Source: an archaeon (GTDB taxonomy: Archaea; Iainarchaeota; Iainarchaeia; Iainarchaeales; 1-14-0-10-31-34). From it: DNA of 32,000 nt. A program made the translations under genes and the position numbers. Location of the stretch: positions 210,001 to 242,000 of the forward strand of contig JAJRVL010000004.1 of NCBI GenBank assembly GCA_024277355.1. The letters are read 5' to 3'. The first letter of the stretch is position 1, and each line of letters starts with the position of its first letter. Below the pieces are notes generated by a model. That model did no database searches. It worked only from the letters and a program-made list of their open reading frames with translations, and had not been told where the DNA came from. Shown one piece after another: positions 17,933-26,591 of the stretch.

Positions 17933-19105
17933 ATGATTGATGCTTTACTTTTATTTTTTGTAGTAATTTTAGTTACTTTTGTTTTTGGAGAAATCTTTTT
18001 TAGATTTCATTTACCAAAAATTATTGGACAGATTATTGCAGGATTATTTTTTGGTCTGCCTTTTTTTACTGGTTTTTTTCCTTTAGAAAGCAATTCAATG
18101 ATTTCATTTTTATCTGAATTAGGAATAATTTTTCTGTTAATTTTAACTGGATTAGAAATTGATTTAAAAAAAATAAAGGGTTCTTCAAAAGATGTTTTGT
18201 TAATTGCTTTTTTTTCTGTTTTAATTCCTTTTACTTTAGGTTTTGGTTTTGCTTTATTTATGGGTTATTCTTTAATTGTTGCTTTTGTTTTAGGAGCATG
18301 TCTTTCTTTGACTTCAGAAGCAACCAAAACAATTGTTTTAATGCAGAAAAATGTTTTGAAAACAAGATTAGGAGAAATGATGATTGTTGCAGGAACAGCA
18401 GATGACATTTTTGAATTATTATTTTTAGCTTTATTGCTTGCTTTAATCGGAGGTAATTCAAGCCAGAGAATTATTCTTCTTCCTCTTGAAATAATTGCTT
18501 TTTTTATATTAGTTTTTATTGCATTAAAACTCCTTCCAAAGTTTATTGATTTATTTAAGCAGGAAAGTGAAGATGGTTATTTTACTTTAGCTATTCTTAT
18601 TGGATTAGGAATTGCTCTTTTATCAAGTTTTCTTTCTTTAGGACCGATTATTGGAGCATTAATTGCAGGTTTACTGCTTCAGAAAGCAATTAAATCAGAA
18701 AAAACAGAACATGCAATTGAAAATCATTTAAAGGCAATTACTTTTGCTTTAATTATTCCTTTTTTCTATTTAAACATAGGATTAAATTTTAATTTAGAAA
18801 ATATAGGTTTATATCCTTTATTATTTTTTGCAGTTTTATTAATTGCATTTACAGGAAAAATGCTTGGAGCTTTAATTGTTAAGCCTTTTACAAAACTTAA
18901 AACAAATCAGTTAACACTAATTGGATGGGGAATGAATTCAAGAGGATTAACAGAACTAATAATAATTGAAGTTGCAAGACAAAACATTCAGGGATTTCCA
19001 ATGGATTTGTATACTGCAGTTGTTTTCACTACAATAATAACAACACTGGCTTTTCCTTTAGTATTACAGTATTATCTAAAAAAATACCCAAAAATAATGG
19101 ACTAA
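17933..19105 (+). CDS. CPA2 cation:proton antiporter (Na+/H+ or K+/H+ exchanger, NapA/KefB-like, no RCK domain)
   Basis: 390 aa, polytopic. 'LPKIIGQIIAGLFFG', 'SELGIIFLLILTGLEIDL', 'GPIIGALIAGLLL'. Confidence 0.9.
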   Translation: MIDALLLFFVVILVTFVFGEIFFRFHLPKIIGQIIAGLFFGLPFFTGFFPLESNSMISFLSELGIIFLLILTGLEIDLKKIKGSSKDVLLIAFFSVLIPFTLGFGFALFMGYSLIVAFVLGACLSLTSEATKTIVLMQKNVLKTRLGEMMIVAGTADDIFELLFLALLLALIGGNSSQRIILLPLEIIAFFILVFIALKLLPKFIDLFKQESEDGYFTLAILIGLGIALLSSFLSLGPIIGALIAGLLLQKAIKSEKTEHAIENHLKAITFALIIPFFYLNIGLNFNLENIGLYPLLFFAVLLIAFTGKMLGALIVKPFTKLKTNQLTLIGWGMNSRGLTELIIIEVARQNIQGFPMDLYTAVVFTTIITTLAFPLVLQYYLKKYPKIMD

Positions 19106-19140
19106 TTAATTTAAAGTAATTTTTTGTTTTTGAATTAATT

Positions 19141-20034
19141 TTATTTCATTGTTTTTTGACTGCATTCAATTCCTGAACAACAGTCTTCACTTTCAAGTTC
19201 TATAGTTGAATGCTCTATAAAATGCTTTTTTAATTCCTGTTTGATTTTTTTCTTTAGTTGATCTGGTTTTTTAAGAAAAATATCTTCTGCAACAATATGT
19301 CCTGTAAAAATATTGGTTTCTCCTTCCAAAGACCAAATGTGTATATCATGCACTCCTTTTACACCTTTAATAGAAGATAAATCCTGTTTGACTTTATTGA
19401 TATTAATTTGTTTTGGTACTCCTTCTAACAAAATATTGCCTGCTTCCTTTAGGTTTTTTGTTACACCCCATAAAATAAATACAGTGAAACCAACTGTCAT
19501 AATTGGATCAATTAAATGATTATCCCAGAAAAGCATTATTATGCTTCCAATAAGAATTATTACCCATCCTAACACATCTTCAAGCATATGCCAAGATAAA
19601 ACTTTTTCATTTAAACTCATTCCTTTTTTTAAACGAAAAAAAGCCAGACCATTAAAAAATATTCCTATTAATGCTAAACCCATCATACCTTGTGCATTTA
19701 CATGTTCAGGATTAATAAGACGAGGAATTGCCTGTGAAAGAATAAACAAAGATCCAATTACAAGAACCGTTCCTGCAAAAATTGATGAAAACAATGAAAC
19801 TCTTTGATAACCAAAACTCATTTTTGTGTCTGCAGGTTCTTTTGCTTTTCTTTCAGCAAACCAAGAAGTAATTAAAGCAACACTATCCCCAAAATCATGC
19901 AACGCATCAGATAAAATAGCTAAACTATTAGTCCATAAACCACCGATTATTTCAATAACTGTAAAAGAAACATTCAATAGTATTGCAAGCTTAATATTTT
20001 GTTCACGATCAGCTGTCATCAAACCACTATACAA
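19141..20034 (-). CDS. cation diffusion facilitator (CzcD/ZitB-like Zn2+/Co2+/Cd2+ efflux transporter)
   Basis: 297 aa. 'LAILSDALHDFGDSVAL', 'HMLEDVLGWV', C-terminal cytoplasmic domain 'VHDIHIWSLEG', Cys-rich tail. Confidence 0.9.
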   Translation of the reverse strand: MYSGLMTADREQNIKLAILLNVSFTVIEIIGGLWTNSLAILSDALHDFGDSVALITSWFAERKAKEPADTKMSFGYQRVSLFSSIFAGTVLVIGSLFILSQAIPRLINPEHVNAQGMMGLALIGIFFNGLAFFRLKKGMSLNEKVLSWHMLEDVLGWVIILIGSIIMLFWDNHLIDPIMTVGFTVFILWGVTKNLKEAGNILLEGVPKQININKVKQDLSSIKGVKGVHDIHIWSLEGETNIFTGHIVAEDIFLKKPDQLKKKIKQELKKHFIEHSTIELESEDCCSGIECSQKTMK

Positions 20035-20114
20035 CAGAATAAAATAAAGTATTTAATAACTAACTTTATTACAACAGACAAAATACATAAATACACTAAA
20101 AACATAATTGTATT

Positions 20115-20480
20115 ATGCTTGAAAAATTATTGTTATTCGTAAATTTAAGTTTATTAATCCTGCATGAAATGGATGCAATCCACTGCAAAGAATGGAAAAT
20201 GTTAGTATTGCTAAACAAACTGACTGATTCAACAGCAAGAATTGTTTTTTCAATTCTGCATTTGCCTTTATTTATAATAATATTTTTTCTTTTAGAATAT
20301 TCCTTTGAAACTTTTTTCTGGATATTAAATATTTTTTTAGTTTTTCATTTATTAATCCACATAATATTTAATAAACATGAATTTAATAATTTTAAATCAA
20401 AATATTCCTTATTTTTGATTACAAGCATGGGATTAATCAGCACAATTAGTATTTTATTAAAAATATTTAATTTAATATAA
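20115..20480 (+). CDS. small hypothetical membrane protein (3-4 TM)
   Basis: 121 aa, hydrophobic, 'LHEMDAIHCKEWKM' N-terminal motif. No confident family. Confidence 0.5.
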   Translation: MLEKLLLFVNLSLLILHEMDAIHCKEWKMLVLLNKLTDSTARIVFSILHLPLFIIIFFLLEYSFETFFWILNIFLVFHLLIHIIFNKHEFNNFKSKYSLFLITSMGLISTISILLKIFNLI

Positions 20481-20534
20481 ACAACATTAAATTGACCATA
20501 TTCTTTTAATATTAGCAATACCCTTCATATTTCA

Positions 20535-20590
20535 GGCAATGATGATGTTAACACCAGCTGATTCATGATGAATTAACTCAACACTGAGCC
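20535..20590 (+). ncRNA. archaeal box C/D sRNA (2'-O-methylation guide)
   Basis: ggc-ATGATGA(C, 20539-45)-tgttaacaccag(12 nt)-CTGA(D', 20558-61)-ttc-ATGATGA(C', 20565-71)-attaactcaaca(12 nt)-CTGA(D, 20584-87)-gcc. Terminal 3-bp stem ggc/gcc. TATA-like 'ttttaatatt' at ~20504-20513, about 25 nt upstream of the 5' end. Confidence 0.85.
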
Positions 20591-20652
20591 TAAACTGTTT
20601 CGGCAGTTTAGTACTATGTGCTATCTTACAATAGCAGTGCAAAAACCTTTTT
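20591..20652 (+). terminator. two hairpins (one with a UUCG tetraloop) plus a T5 tract after the C/D sRNA; probably a bidirectional terminator
   Basis: 20591-20610 is 'taaactgt-ttcg-gcagttta' (8 bp including one G.U). 20619-20636 is 'tgctat-cttaca-atagca'. These are followed by 'cctttttc' on the + strand and T7 on the minus strand, downstream of the 20679 gene end. Confidence 0.4.
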
Positions 20653-20678
20653 CAAAAAAAGTTTAATTAAAAAATTAG

Positions 20679-21284
20679 TTAAGTTAAATCAACTAAAGGC
20701 ATAAAAACAAATTTTCCTTTACTAAAACTAATTAAAAGCAGATTAGATTTGTCAATTTTTGTTCTTAAACAAACTTTTTCAGCAGCATCCTTAAATTGCT
20801 TTTTTGAAAAACCATATTTTTTTTTCAAATCATTAAAAAAATTTATGCCTCTTTTTGTTTTTCCTTTTCCTTTATGCCCTGAAATCTCTTTTATATTTGG
20901 AGCATCTGTTTTAGCCATTGCAATAATATTTTCACTTAAAACAGATGCATTAGGCGCTACTAAAAAATAATTTTCTCCTTTGCCGTAAATTTTATTGTGC
21001 TTTCTTACAGTTCTTTTTACATAAGCTAAAGTGTATTTTGCAGTACCATGAAAAGTTCTTTTTAATACAAACTTTGTTTCGGGAAAATTTCTTGAAACAT
21101 TCATTTCTCTTACACGATTAAACATTGCTTTTGTGTTTTCTGAATGTTCTTTTGACCTGTGATCAGCAATCTTCATTTTCCCTAAAACAGAATAAATTCT
21201 TTTTGTGCCTTGCTTTGGCTTTTCTTTTTTAATTATTTTTTTTAATCTTTTAATCAGAGTATTAGGAACTTTTTTTACAGGCAT
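20679..21284 (-). CDS. hypothetical basic protein
   Basis: 201 aa, Lys/Arg-rich, no recognisable motifs. Confidence 0.55.
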   Translation of the reverse strand: MPVKKVPNTLIKRLKKIIKKEKPKQGTKRIYSVLGKMKIADHRSKEHSENTKAMFNRVREMNVSRNFPETKFVLKRTFHGTAKYTLAYVKRTVRKHNKIYGKGENYFLVAPNASVLSENIIAMAKTDAPNIKEISGHKGKGKTKRGINFFNDLKKKYGFSKKQFKDAAEKVCLRTKIDKSNLLLISFSKGKFVFMPLVDLT

Positions 21285-21388
21285 AATAATTAAAACTTCA
21301 GAAAAAAATAAAAAAGCAAGGAACCTTAAATGTCCTCTTTTTTCAGAATAATTTTGCCTAATTTTATTAGCATTATTAGTAGAATAGA

Positions 21389-21595
21389 TTATTTAGTTTC
21401 TTTTTCATCCCAGAATGATTCTTCTTTGAATTTGCTTCTTCTGAAAATACCCATTGAATGTCTGCATGGTTTTCCTGTAACAGAACAATGCTTTATACAG
21501 CAGGATTGATGCACTATTCCATCCTTAAATTTACATAAAATTATTTTATCTTTTATTCTGCCGAATTCTTTTGAACATATTTTACATTCCAGCAT
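21389..21595 (-). CDS. small Cys/His-rich (zinc-finger-like) hypothetical protein
   Basis: 68 aa. 'CKICSKEF...CKF...HQSCCIKHCSVTGKPCRH' contains 9 Cys and 3 His. Confidence 0.5.
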   Translation of the reverse strand: MLECKICSKEFGRIKDKIILCKFKDGIVHQSCCIKHCSVTGKPCRHSMGIFRRSKFKEESFWDEKETK

Positions 21596-21637
21596 AACAA
21601 AAAGATTATATTGCGTTTTAGTTTAATATTTAATGGT

Positions 21638-22318
21638 ATGCAGAAAGTATTGAATTTTGGAACAAAACAAAAAAAAGAAATAAAAGAATTTCTGAATGAA
21701 TTTGAAGAAAAAGAAACAAAAACTGAATTTGAAGAAAAAAGAGTTAAAATAAATGATTCAACTATAACTCTTTATTCAAGCGGAAGAATTGTAATTCAGG
21801 GAAATGACTGTGAAAAAGTTGCAGAAAAATTCCTGAAAAAAATTAATTCTGAAACAAAAACTATTATTGGAATAGATGAAACAGGAAGAGGAGAAAATAC
21901 AGGTCCTTTTGTTATTTCAGCAGTATTAGGAGAAACAGGAAAATTAATTGAATTAAGGGACAGCAAAAAAACAAATAAAATAAAAGAAAAAAACGATTTA
22001 GTTATGGAAAAATCAAAAAGCCAGATAATTTTTTCTTTTAATGCAGAGTATATTGACGAATTAAGAAATAAAGGAGAAACAATGGATTCAATTGAAGCAA
22101 AAGCCATTAATTCAGTTATTAGTTTTTTTGATTCAGTTAAAGAAGAAAGGGAATTGTTAATTGATGGAAAAGAAATAAAAGGAATAAAAAAAGGAAAATT
22201 TATTGTTAAAGGCGATGACTTAGAACCAGTTATTGGGGCTGCAAGCGTTATATCAAAAAATTTCAGGGAAAACTCTAAAGATGAAAAAATAAGGAAAAGC
22301 TGGAAAACAAAAAATTAG
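21638..22318 (+). CDS. type-2 RNase H with an N-terminal TBP-like (DUF3378) domain: minimal RNase HIII-like enzyme
   Basis: The track ORF starts at TTG 21611; I prefer the in-frame ATG at 21638. 'ITLYSSGRIVIQGND' resembles the RNase HIII N-domain. Core motifs: 'IIGIDETGRGENTGPFVISAV', 'RDSKK', 'LLIDGKE', 'KGDDLEPVIGAASVISK' (DEDD residues alignable to RNase HII). Confidence 0.65.
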   Translation: MQKVLNFGTKQKKEIKEFLNEFEEKETKTEFEEKRVKINDSTITLYSSGRIVIQGNDCEKVAEKFLKKINSETKTIIGIDETGRGENTGPFVISAVLGETGKLIELRDSKKTNKIKEKNDLVMEKSKSQIIFSFNAEYIDELRNKGETMDSIEAKAINSVISFFDSVKEERELLIDGKEIKGIKKGKFIVKGDDLEPVIGAASVISKNFRENSKDEKIRKSWKTKN

Positions 22319-22881
22319 TGTTCTAAAAAATTCATTCTTGTTTTTAATTCAAAAACTTCTTTTTCAGTTAAATCTTCTTTAATTATTTTTTCTCCGATTA
22401 ATGCTCCATTTCCAAAAGGGTCTTTAACAATTACAGTGAAAATAAATTTTACTTCTTTTGCGTCTGTAATTCTTTTCATTAGTTTTTCTTTTACTTTTTG
22501 TGCATCTTTTTCTTCTTCTTCAAAAGCAGTAAAAGACAACGATTCTTCTATTTTATTTAATAAACCTTCAATATTAGTAAAATAACCCTGCGAATTAACT
22601 GTTGGTTCAATTCTTGCACCAATTTCAGGAATAATTACAGTTGAAGTGCTTGACTTAACTATCTTAACAGTTAAATCTTTTTCTGTTTTAATTTCAACTG
22701 AATATTTTACCGGCTTTTTTTCTGAATCAGATGAAACATCATTTAAATTAAAATTACATTCAGTGCATCTTAAATTAGAAAATAATGTTTTACCAAAATG
22801 AGGAATTTCTTTAATTAATTCAGTCATAACTGCTTTTCCTTTGCATGAAGGACACTCAATTGACATTGAAACTTTATCCAT
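22315..22881 (-). CDS. ZPR1-type zinc-finger protein
   Basis: 188 aa. 'CPSCKGKAVMTELIKEIPHFGKTLFSNLRCTECNF' (C4 ZPR1 finger) followed by a beta-rich domain. Confidence 0.85.
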   Translation of the reverse strand: MDKVSMSIECPSCKGKAVMTELIKEIPHFGKTLFSNLRCTECNFNLNDVSSDSEKKPVKYSVEIKTEKDLTVKIVKSSTSTVIIPEIGARIEPTVNSQGYFTNIEGLLNKIEESLSFTAFEEEEKDAQKVKEKLMKRITDAKEVKFIFTVIVKDPFGNGALIGEKIIKEDLTEKEVFELKTRMNFLEH

Positions 22882-22919
22882 AAAAAAACCTAAATAAAAT
22901 AAGATAAAAACAATTTTAA

Positions 22920-23450
22920 TTACTTTTTTTTAGAAGTATTAAAAACCAGTGAATGAATTTTCCTGTTTAATTCTTCTTCTTTCTTTTTTATTGAAATAGT
23001 TTTTGGTTTTACTTTAATTTCTCTGAATTCATTTAACTGCATTAAAAGTTTTTTTATTGCCTCTAATTCAATCTTAGTGCTTCTCTTAAAGTCTTCCAGT
23101 CTTCTTATTTTTTCTTCAAATTTTGTTTCATTTGGAGAAGAAGACAAAACAGAATTAATTGAAACTAAAATTGTTTCCATTTCAGCAATCTTTTCATGAG
23201 CTAAACTTATTTTTTCATTAACTGTTCTTAAAGAACTCTGAACAGAATAAACATCCTCAATATACGCTTCAGGCAAAGAAGCACTGTTTTCCTGAATGCT
23301 TTCAGTTTCTTCAGTTGTATTTGACTGCAAAACCTGTTCTTTAATTGCTTCAATACTGTTTTTTTTAGTTGAAGTGAAATATAATAAGCCATTACCAAAA
23401 ACTAAAGAAACAATCAAAACAACCAAAAAGTCTGAAATCATAATAATCAC
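22920..23450 (-). CDS. hypothetical membrane-anchored coiled-coil protein
   Basis: 176 aa. N-terminal TM 'FLVVLIVSLVFGNGLLYF', then heptad-like E/K/L-rich sequence. Confidence 0.55.
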   Translation of the reverse strand: MIIMISDFLVVLIVSLVFGNGLLYFTSTKKNSIEAIKEQVLQSNTTEETESIQENSASLPEAYIEDVYSVQSSLRTVNEKISLAHEKIAEMETILVSINSVLSSSPNETKFEEKIRRLEDFKRSTKIELEAIKKLLMQLNEFREIKVKPKTISIKKKEEELNRKIHSLVFNTSKKK

Positions 23451-23516
23451 TTAAAAGTAATAACAATTCTGACTGAAAAAATATATATTTATTGTGGTTG
23501 ACATATAATGAATTAA

Positions 23517-24563
23517 ATGGAAAAAAGAAAAAGTAAATTACTGGAAAAAATCACTGAAACAGAGAAAATTCTTTTTTTAGGCAAAGCAGATATAGATGCA
23601 GTAAGCTTTCTTTCAGAAAAAAATAAAGTTACAGCTGTCTTTACTAAAATAAATGAAAAAAATTTAATTGAAAAATCAGTTAAAAACAGAAATCTTAAAA
23701 CAATTCTTGCTGATTCTTTTGAAAATATAAAAGAACAGTTTTCTTCTTCTTTTGTTTTTCATGAAGATTTTATGGGAAGACAAGGAACAAAAGAAGTTTT
23801 AGTTCAGGCAGGAGAAAAAACTAAATTAAATGGAAAAATTTATTTTTTATGCAAGACTTCAAGAGGAGCAAAAAACTTTCAGAAAACAATGAAAGAATTA
23901 TTTGGAAACGTAAAAGTGATTTCAGTTAAAGGAGGATTAAGGTTAATTGAATCCATAAAAAAGAAAAAAATAATTGAAGGGAATGAAACAGCAAAAGAAT
24001 TAAATGAAGAAAAAACAAAAAAACAAAAAGAATTCTTTGAATTTAAATTCAATCAGAAAGATTATTTTTTTAAGTCTTCTTTTGGGGTTTTTTCAAAAAA
24101 TAGAATTGATTCAGGAACAAAACTTCTTTTAGAAACAATTAAAGTTAAAGGAAAAAAAATCCTTGATTTTGGCTGCGGAACAGGAGCAATAGGAATTGTT
24201 TTAGCAAAAGAAAATCCTAAAACAAAATTATTAATGCTTGATTCAGATTTAAAATCAGTTTTTTTAGCAGAAAAAAACATTGAATTAAATAAAGTAAATA
24301 ACGCTAAAGCAGTTGTTTCAGATGGCTTTCAGAAAATTAAAGGAAAATTTAATTTAATTGTTTCTAATCCTCCAACACATAATAAAAGAGATTTCTTAGA
24401 AAAATTTGTTTTAAATTCATTTAAGCATTTAGAAAAAAACGGAAAATTAGTTGTTGTTTTAAATAAAAAAGTTTTTTTGGAAAAAGAAATACAGGAAGTT
24501 TTTGGGAATCATGAAATTTCAGCTGAAGGAAAAGAACACAAAGTGATTACAGGGCAAAAATAA
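23517..24563 (+). CDS. two-domain SAM-dependent methyltransferase (RsmC/RlmG-like MTS domain)
   Basis: 348 aa. 'ILDFGCGTGAIGIVLAK', 'LMLDSD', 'VSNPPTH'. Confidence 0.75.
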   Translation: MEKRKSKLLEKITETEKILFLGKADIDAVSFLSEKNKVTAVFTKINEKNLIEKSVKNRNLKTILADSFENIKEQFSSSFVFHEDFMGRQGTKEVLVQAGEKTKLNGKIYFLCKTSRGAKNFQKTMKELFGNVKVISVKGGLRLIESIKKKKIIEGNETAKELNEEKTKKQKEFFEFKFNQKDYFFKSSFGVFSKNRIDSGTKLLLETIKVKGKKILDFGCGTGAIGIVLAKENPKTKLLMLDSDLKSVFLAEKNIELNKVNNAKAVVSDGFQKIKGKFNLIVSNPPTHNKRDFLEKFVLNSFKHLEKNGKLVVVLNKKVFLEKEIQEVFGNHEISAEGKEHKVITGQK

Positions 24564-24564
24564 A

Positions 24565-25308
24565 TTAAATTCCAAAAAATTCTTCTGCGTTTTTTGTTGT
24601 TTTTTCTGCTAGTTCCTCAAAAGAAATGTTTTTTTCTGCTGCAAGTTTTTCTGCGACTTTTTTAACCCAAAAAGGTTTAGCTTTAATTCCATTAAATTCA
24701 ACAGGAGAATCAGTTTCAAGCATTAAATTATCTAAAGGAATAAGCAATGCTTTCTGAAGATATTCTTGATTAAATAAAACTGCAGGACCAACAGAAAAAA
24801 AATAATTTTTTGCAGCTGCTTTTGGAAAAAGGTTTTGACTTCCGTCAAACCAATGCAGTAAAACTTTTCCACTGAATTCAAAAAGAATTTCTAAAGATTT
24901 TTTTTCTGCATATCTTGAATGAATTACCACTGGAAGAGAATTTTCTTCTGCAATTAAAAGCTGTTCTTTGTAAACTTTAATTTGTTTTTGTTTTTCTAAA
25001 TCAGTTTTAGCATGCTTAAAATCAATTCCAATTTCTCCTATTGCTGTTGCATAATTAATATTTGTTTTAAGGAGTTCAATTGCATTAAAAATTTCTTTTG
25101 AATTCATTGAAAGCACATTAGAAGGATGTAAACCTAAACAGCATTTAATTTCACTGAATTTTTGTGAAATTTCAATGTTTTGTTCCATTGAAGTTAAATC
25201 AACAGAAGAAGAAATAATCTTTTTTATTCCATTAGCAAGAGATTCTGCAATTAATTCTTCAAGATTTTCAAGCATTTCAATATGACAGTGAACATCAACT
25301 AAATACAT
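24565..25308 (-). CDS. TatD-family metal-dependent hydrolase/DNase
   Basis: 247 aa. 'LVDVHCHIE', 'IGEIGIDF', 'PVVIHSR', 'LHWFDGS', 'LMLETDSP'. Confidence 0.9.
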   Translation of the reverse strand: MYLVDVHCHIEMLENLEELIAESLANGIKKIISSSVDLTSMEQNIEISQKFSEIKCCLGLHPSNVLSMNSKEIFNAIELLKTNINYATAIGEIGIDFKHAKTDLEKQKQIKVYKEQLLIAEENSLPVVIHSRYAEKKSLEILFEFSGKVLLHWFDGSQNLFPKAAAKNYFFSVGPAVLFNQEYLQKALLIPLDNLMLETDSPVEFNGIKAKPFWVKKVAEKLAAEKNISFEELAEKTTKNAEEFFGI

Positions 25309-25370
25309 AAAAAACTAACAAACTCGTTAAATTTAAAAAACAAACTAAAGCATTTTCTTTAAGTGATTAA

Positions 25371-26561
25371 ATGGAAGAAAAAAAAGAATCAATAAAACAG
25401 GAAAAAAAAGAAGTAAAAACAGAAGAAACAAAAAAAGAAATTCAGAAAACAACAGGAAAAAAAGAAATAACAGAAACAAAACCAAAAAAACAAAAAATTA
25501 ATGAAAAAATACCTGAAAAAAAAGAAGAAATAAAAGAAGAAAACATCCAAGAAAAAAAAATAAAAAAACCGTTTCCTGTTGTAATTACTATTTTAGCAGT
25601 AATTTTTCTTATTGTTGCAGGATTTGCAGTAAACAAACTTTTTTTTGAAAACACAAAACAAGGAGAATGGACCGAAACAACAAAACAAGTTGTTGAAATA
25701 AAAAACTTTTATTCATCTGAATGCAGTTTCTGTGAAAAAGAAAATTCAATTATTGCAAATTTTAATGCAAGAGACATAAATGTTACTGTTGAATCAATTG
25801 ATTTAGCCAAAGAAGAAAATAAGCATTTTATTGAAGAATTTAATTTGGAAATGATTCCTTCTGCTTTAGTTAATGCAAAAGACTTAGAAGAATATCCTTT
25901 TGAAGAAAATTTAATTAAACAAAGTTTTATTCTATTAAAAAATTATTATGTTATTCCTGAAGCATATCTTGACTCTAATCCTCATAATTTAATGTTATTA
26001 GATGAAACACAAGAATGCAGGGAAGGAAAAAAAATTTTTGTTGAAGAATTTTTAGATTATCAGTGTTTAGGATGCGCTATGTTATTAGAACCTGCAAAAC
26101 AGGCAAGAGCAAACTTTGCGGGTGAAATAATTTTTAAACATAAAAATTTTATTGTGCATGAAAATTCAGAGAATGCAGCTATTGCAGCTGAATGTGCAGC
26201 ACAACAAAACAGGTTTTTTGAATTTAATCAGTATTTATTTGAAAAAAGCTTTCCGCAGGTATTTGGAATTCAAAAAGAAGGAGTAAATAATTCTTCTAAT
26301 TCAATAATCCAGACAGGACTGCTTTTAACCAGTATTCCTGACACTAATTCATTTAACTATTGCTTTTCACAAAAAGAACCCTTAAAAAAAATTAATGAAG
26401 AAACCGCATTAGCAAAATCTTATGGAATAAATTATGCACCTTCATTAGTATTTGACTGTAAATATATAGTTCAGGGACAGGAACAAACAAGCAAAATTGA
26501 AGAATTAATATGCCAGATTCACCCTGAATTAAAAAAATGTGTAAAAGACAAAACTGCCTGA
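25371..26561 (+). CDS. membrane-anchored thioredoxin-fold / DsbA-like thiol:disulfide oxidoreductase
   Basis: 396 aa. K/E-rich N-terminus, one TM, an N-proximal 'CSFC' and 'VEEFLDYQCLGCAML' (F.D..C..C DsbA-type motif), 'YGINYAPSLVF'. Confidence 0.65.
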   Translation: MEEKKESIKQEKKEVKTEETKKEIQKTTGKKEITETKPKKQKINEKIPEKKEEIKEENIQEKKIKKPFPVVITILAVIFLIVAGFAVNKLFFENTKQGEWTETTKQVVEIKNFYSSECSFCEKENSIIANFNARDINVTVESIDLAKEENKHFIEEFNLEMIPSALVNAKDLEEYPFEENLIKQSFILLKNYYVIPEAYLDSNPHNLMLLDETQECREGKKIFVEEFLDYQCLGCAMLLEPAKQARANFAGEIIFKHKNFIVHENSENAAIAAECAAQQNRFFEFNQYLFEKSFPQVFGIQKEGVNNSSNSIIQTGLLLTSIPDTNSFNYCFSQKEPLKKINEETALAKSYGINYAPSLVFDCKYIVQGQEQTSKIEELICQIHPELKKCVKDKTA

Positions 26562-26591
26562 AAATATTCAAAAAGCAGAAAGGAAAACTAA

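Noticed and set aside
25371-25560. K/E-rich repetitive N-terminus of the DsbA-like protein as a DNA-level tandem repeat or mobile-element remnant
   Set aside because: It is low-complexity AAR/GAR codon usage within one continuous ORF followed by a TM helix. No discrete repeat unit or flanking inverted repeats are present.
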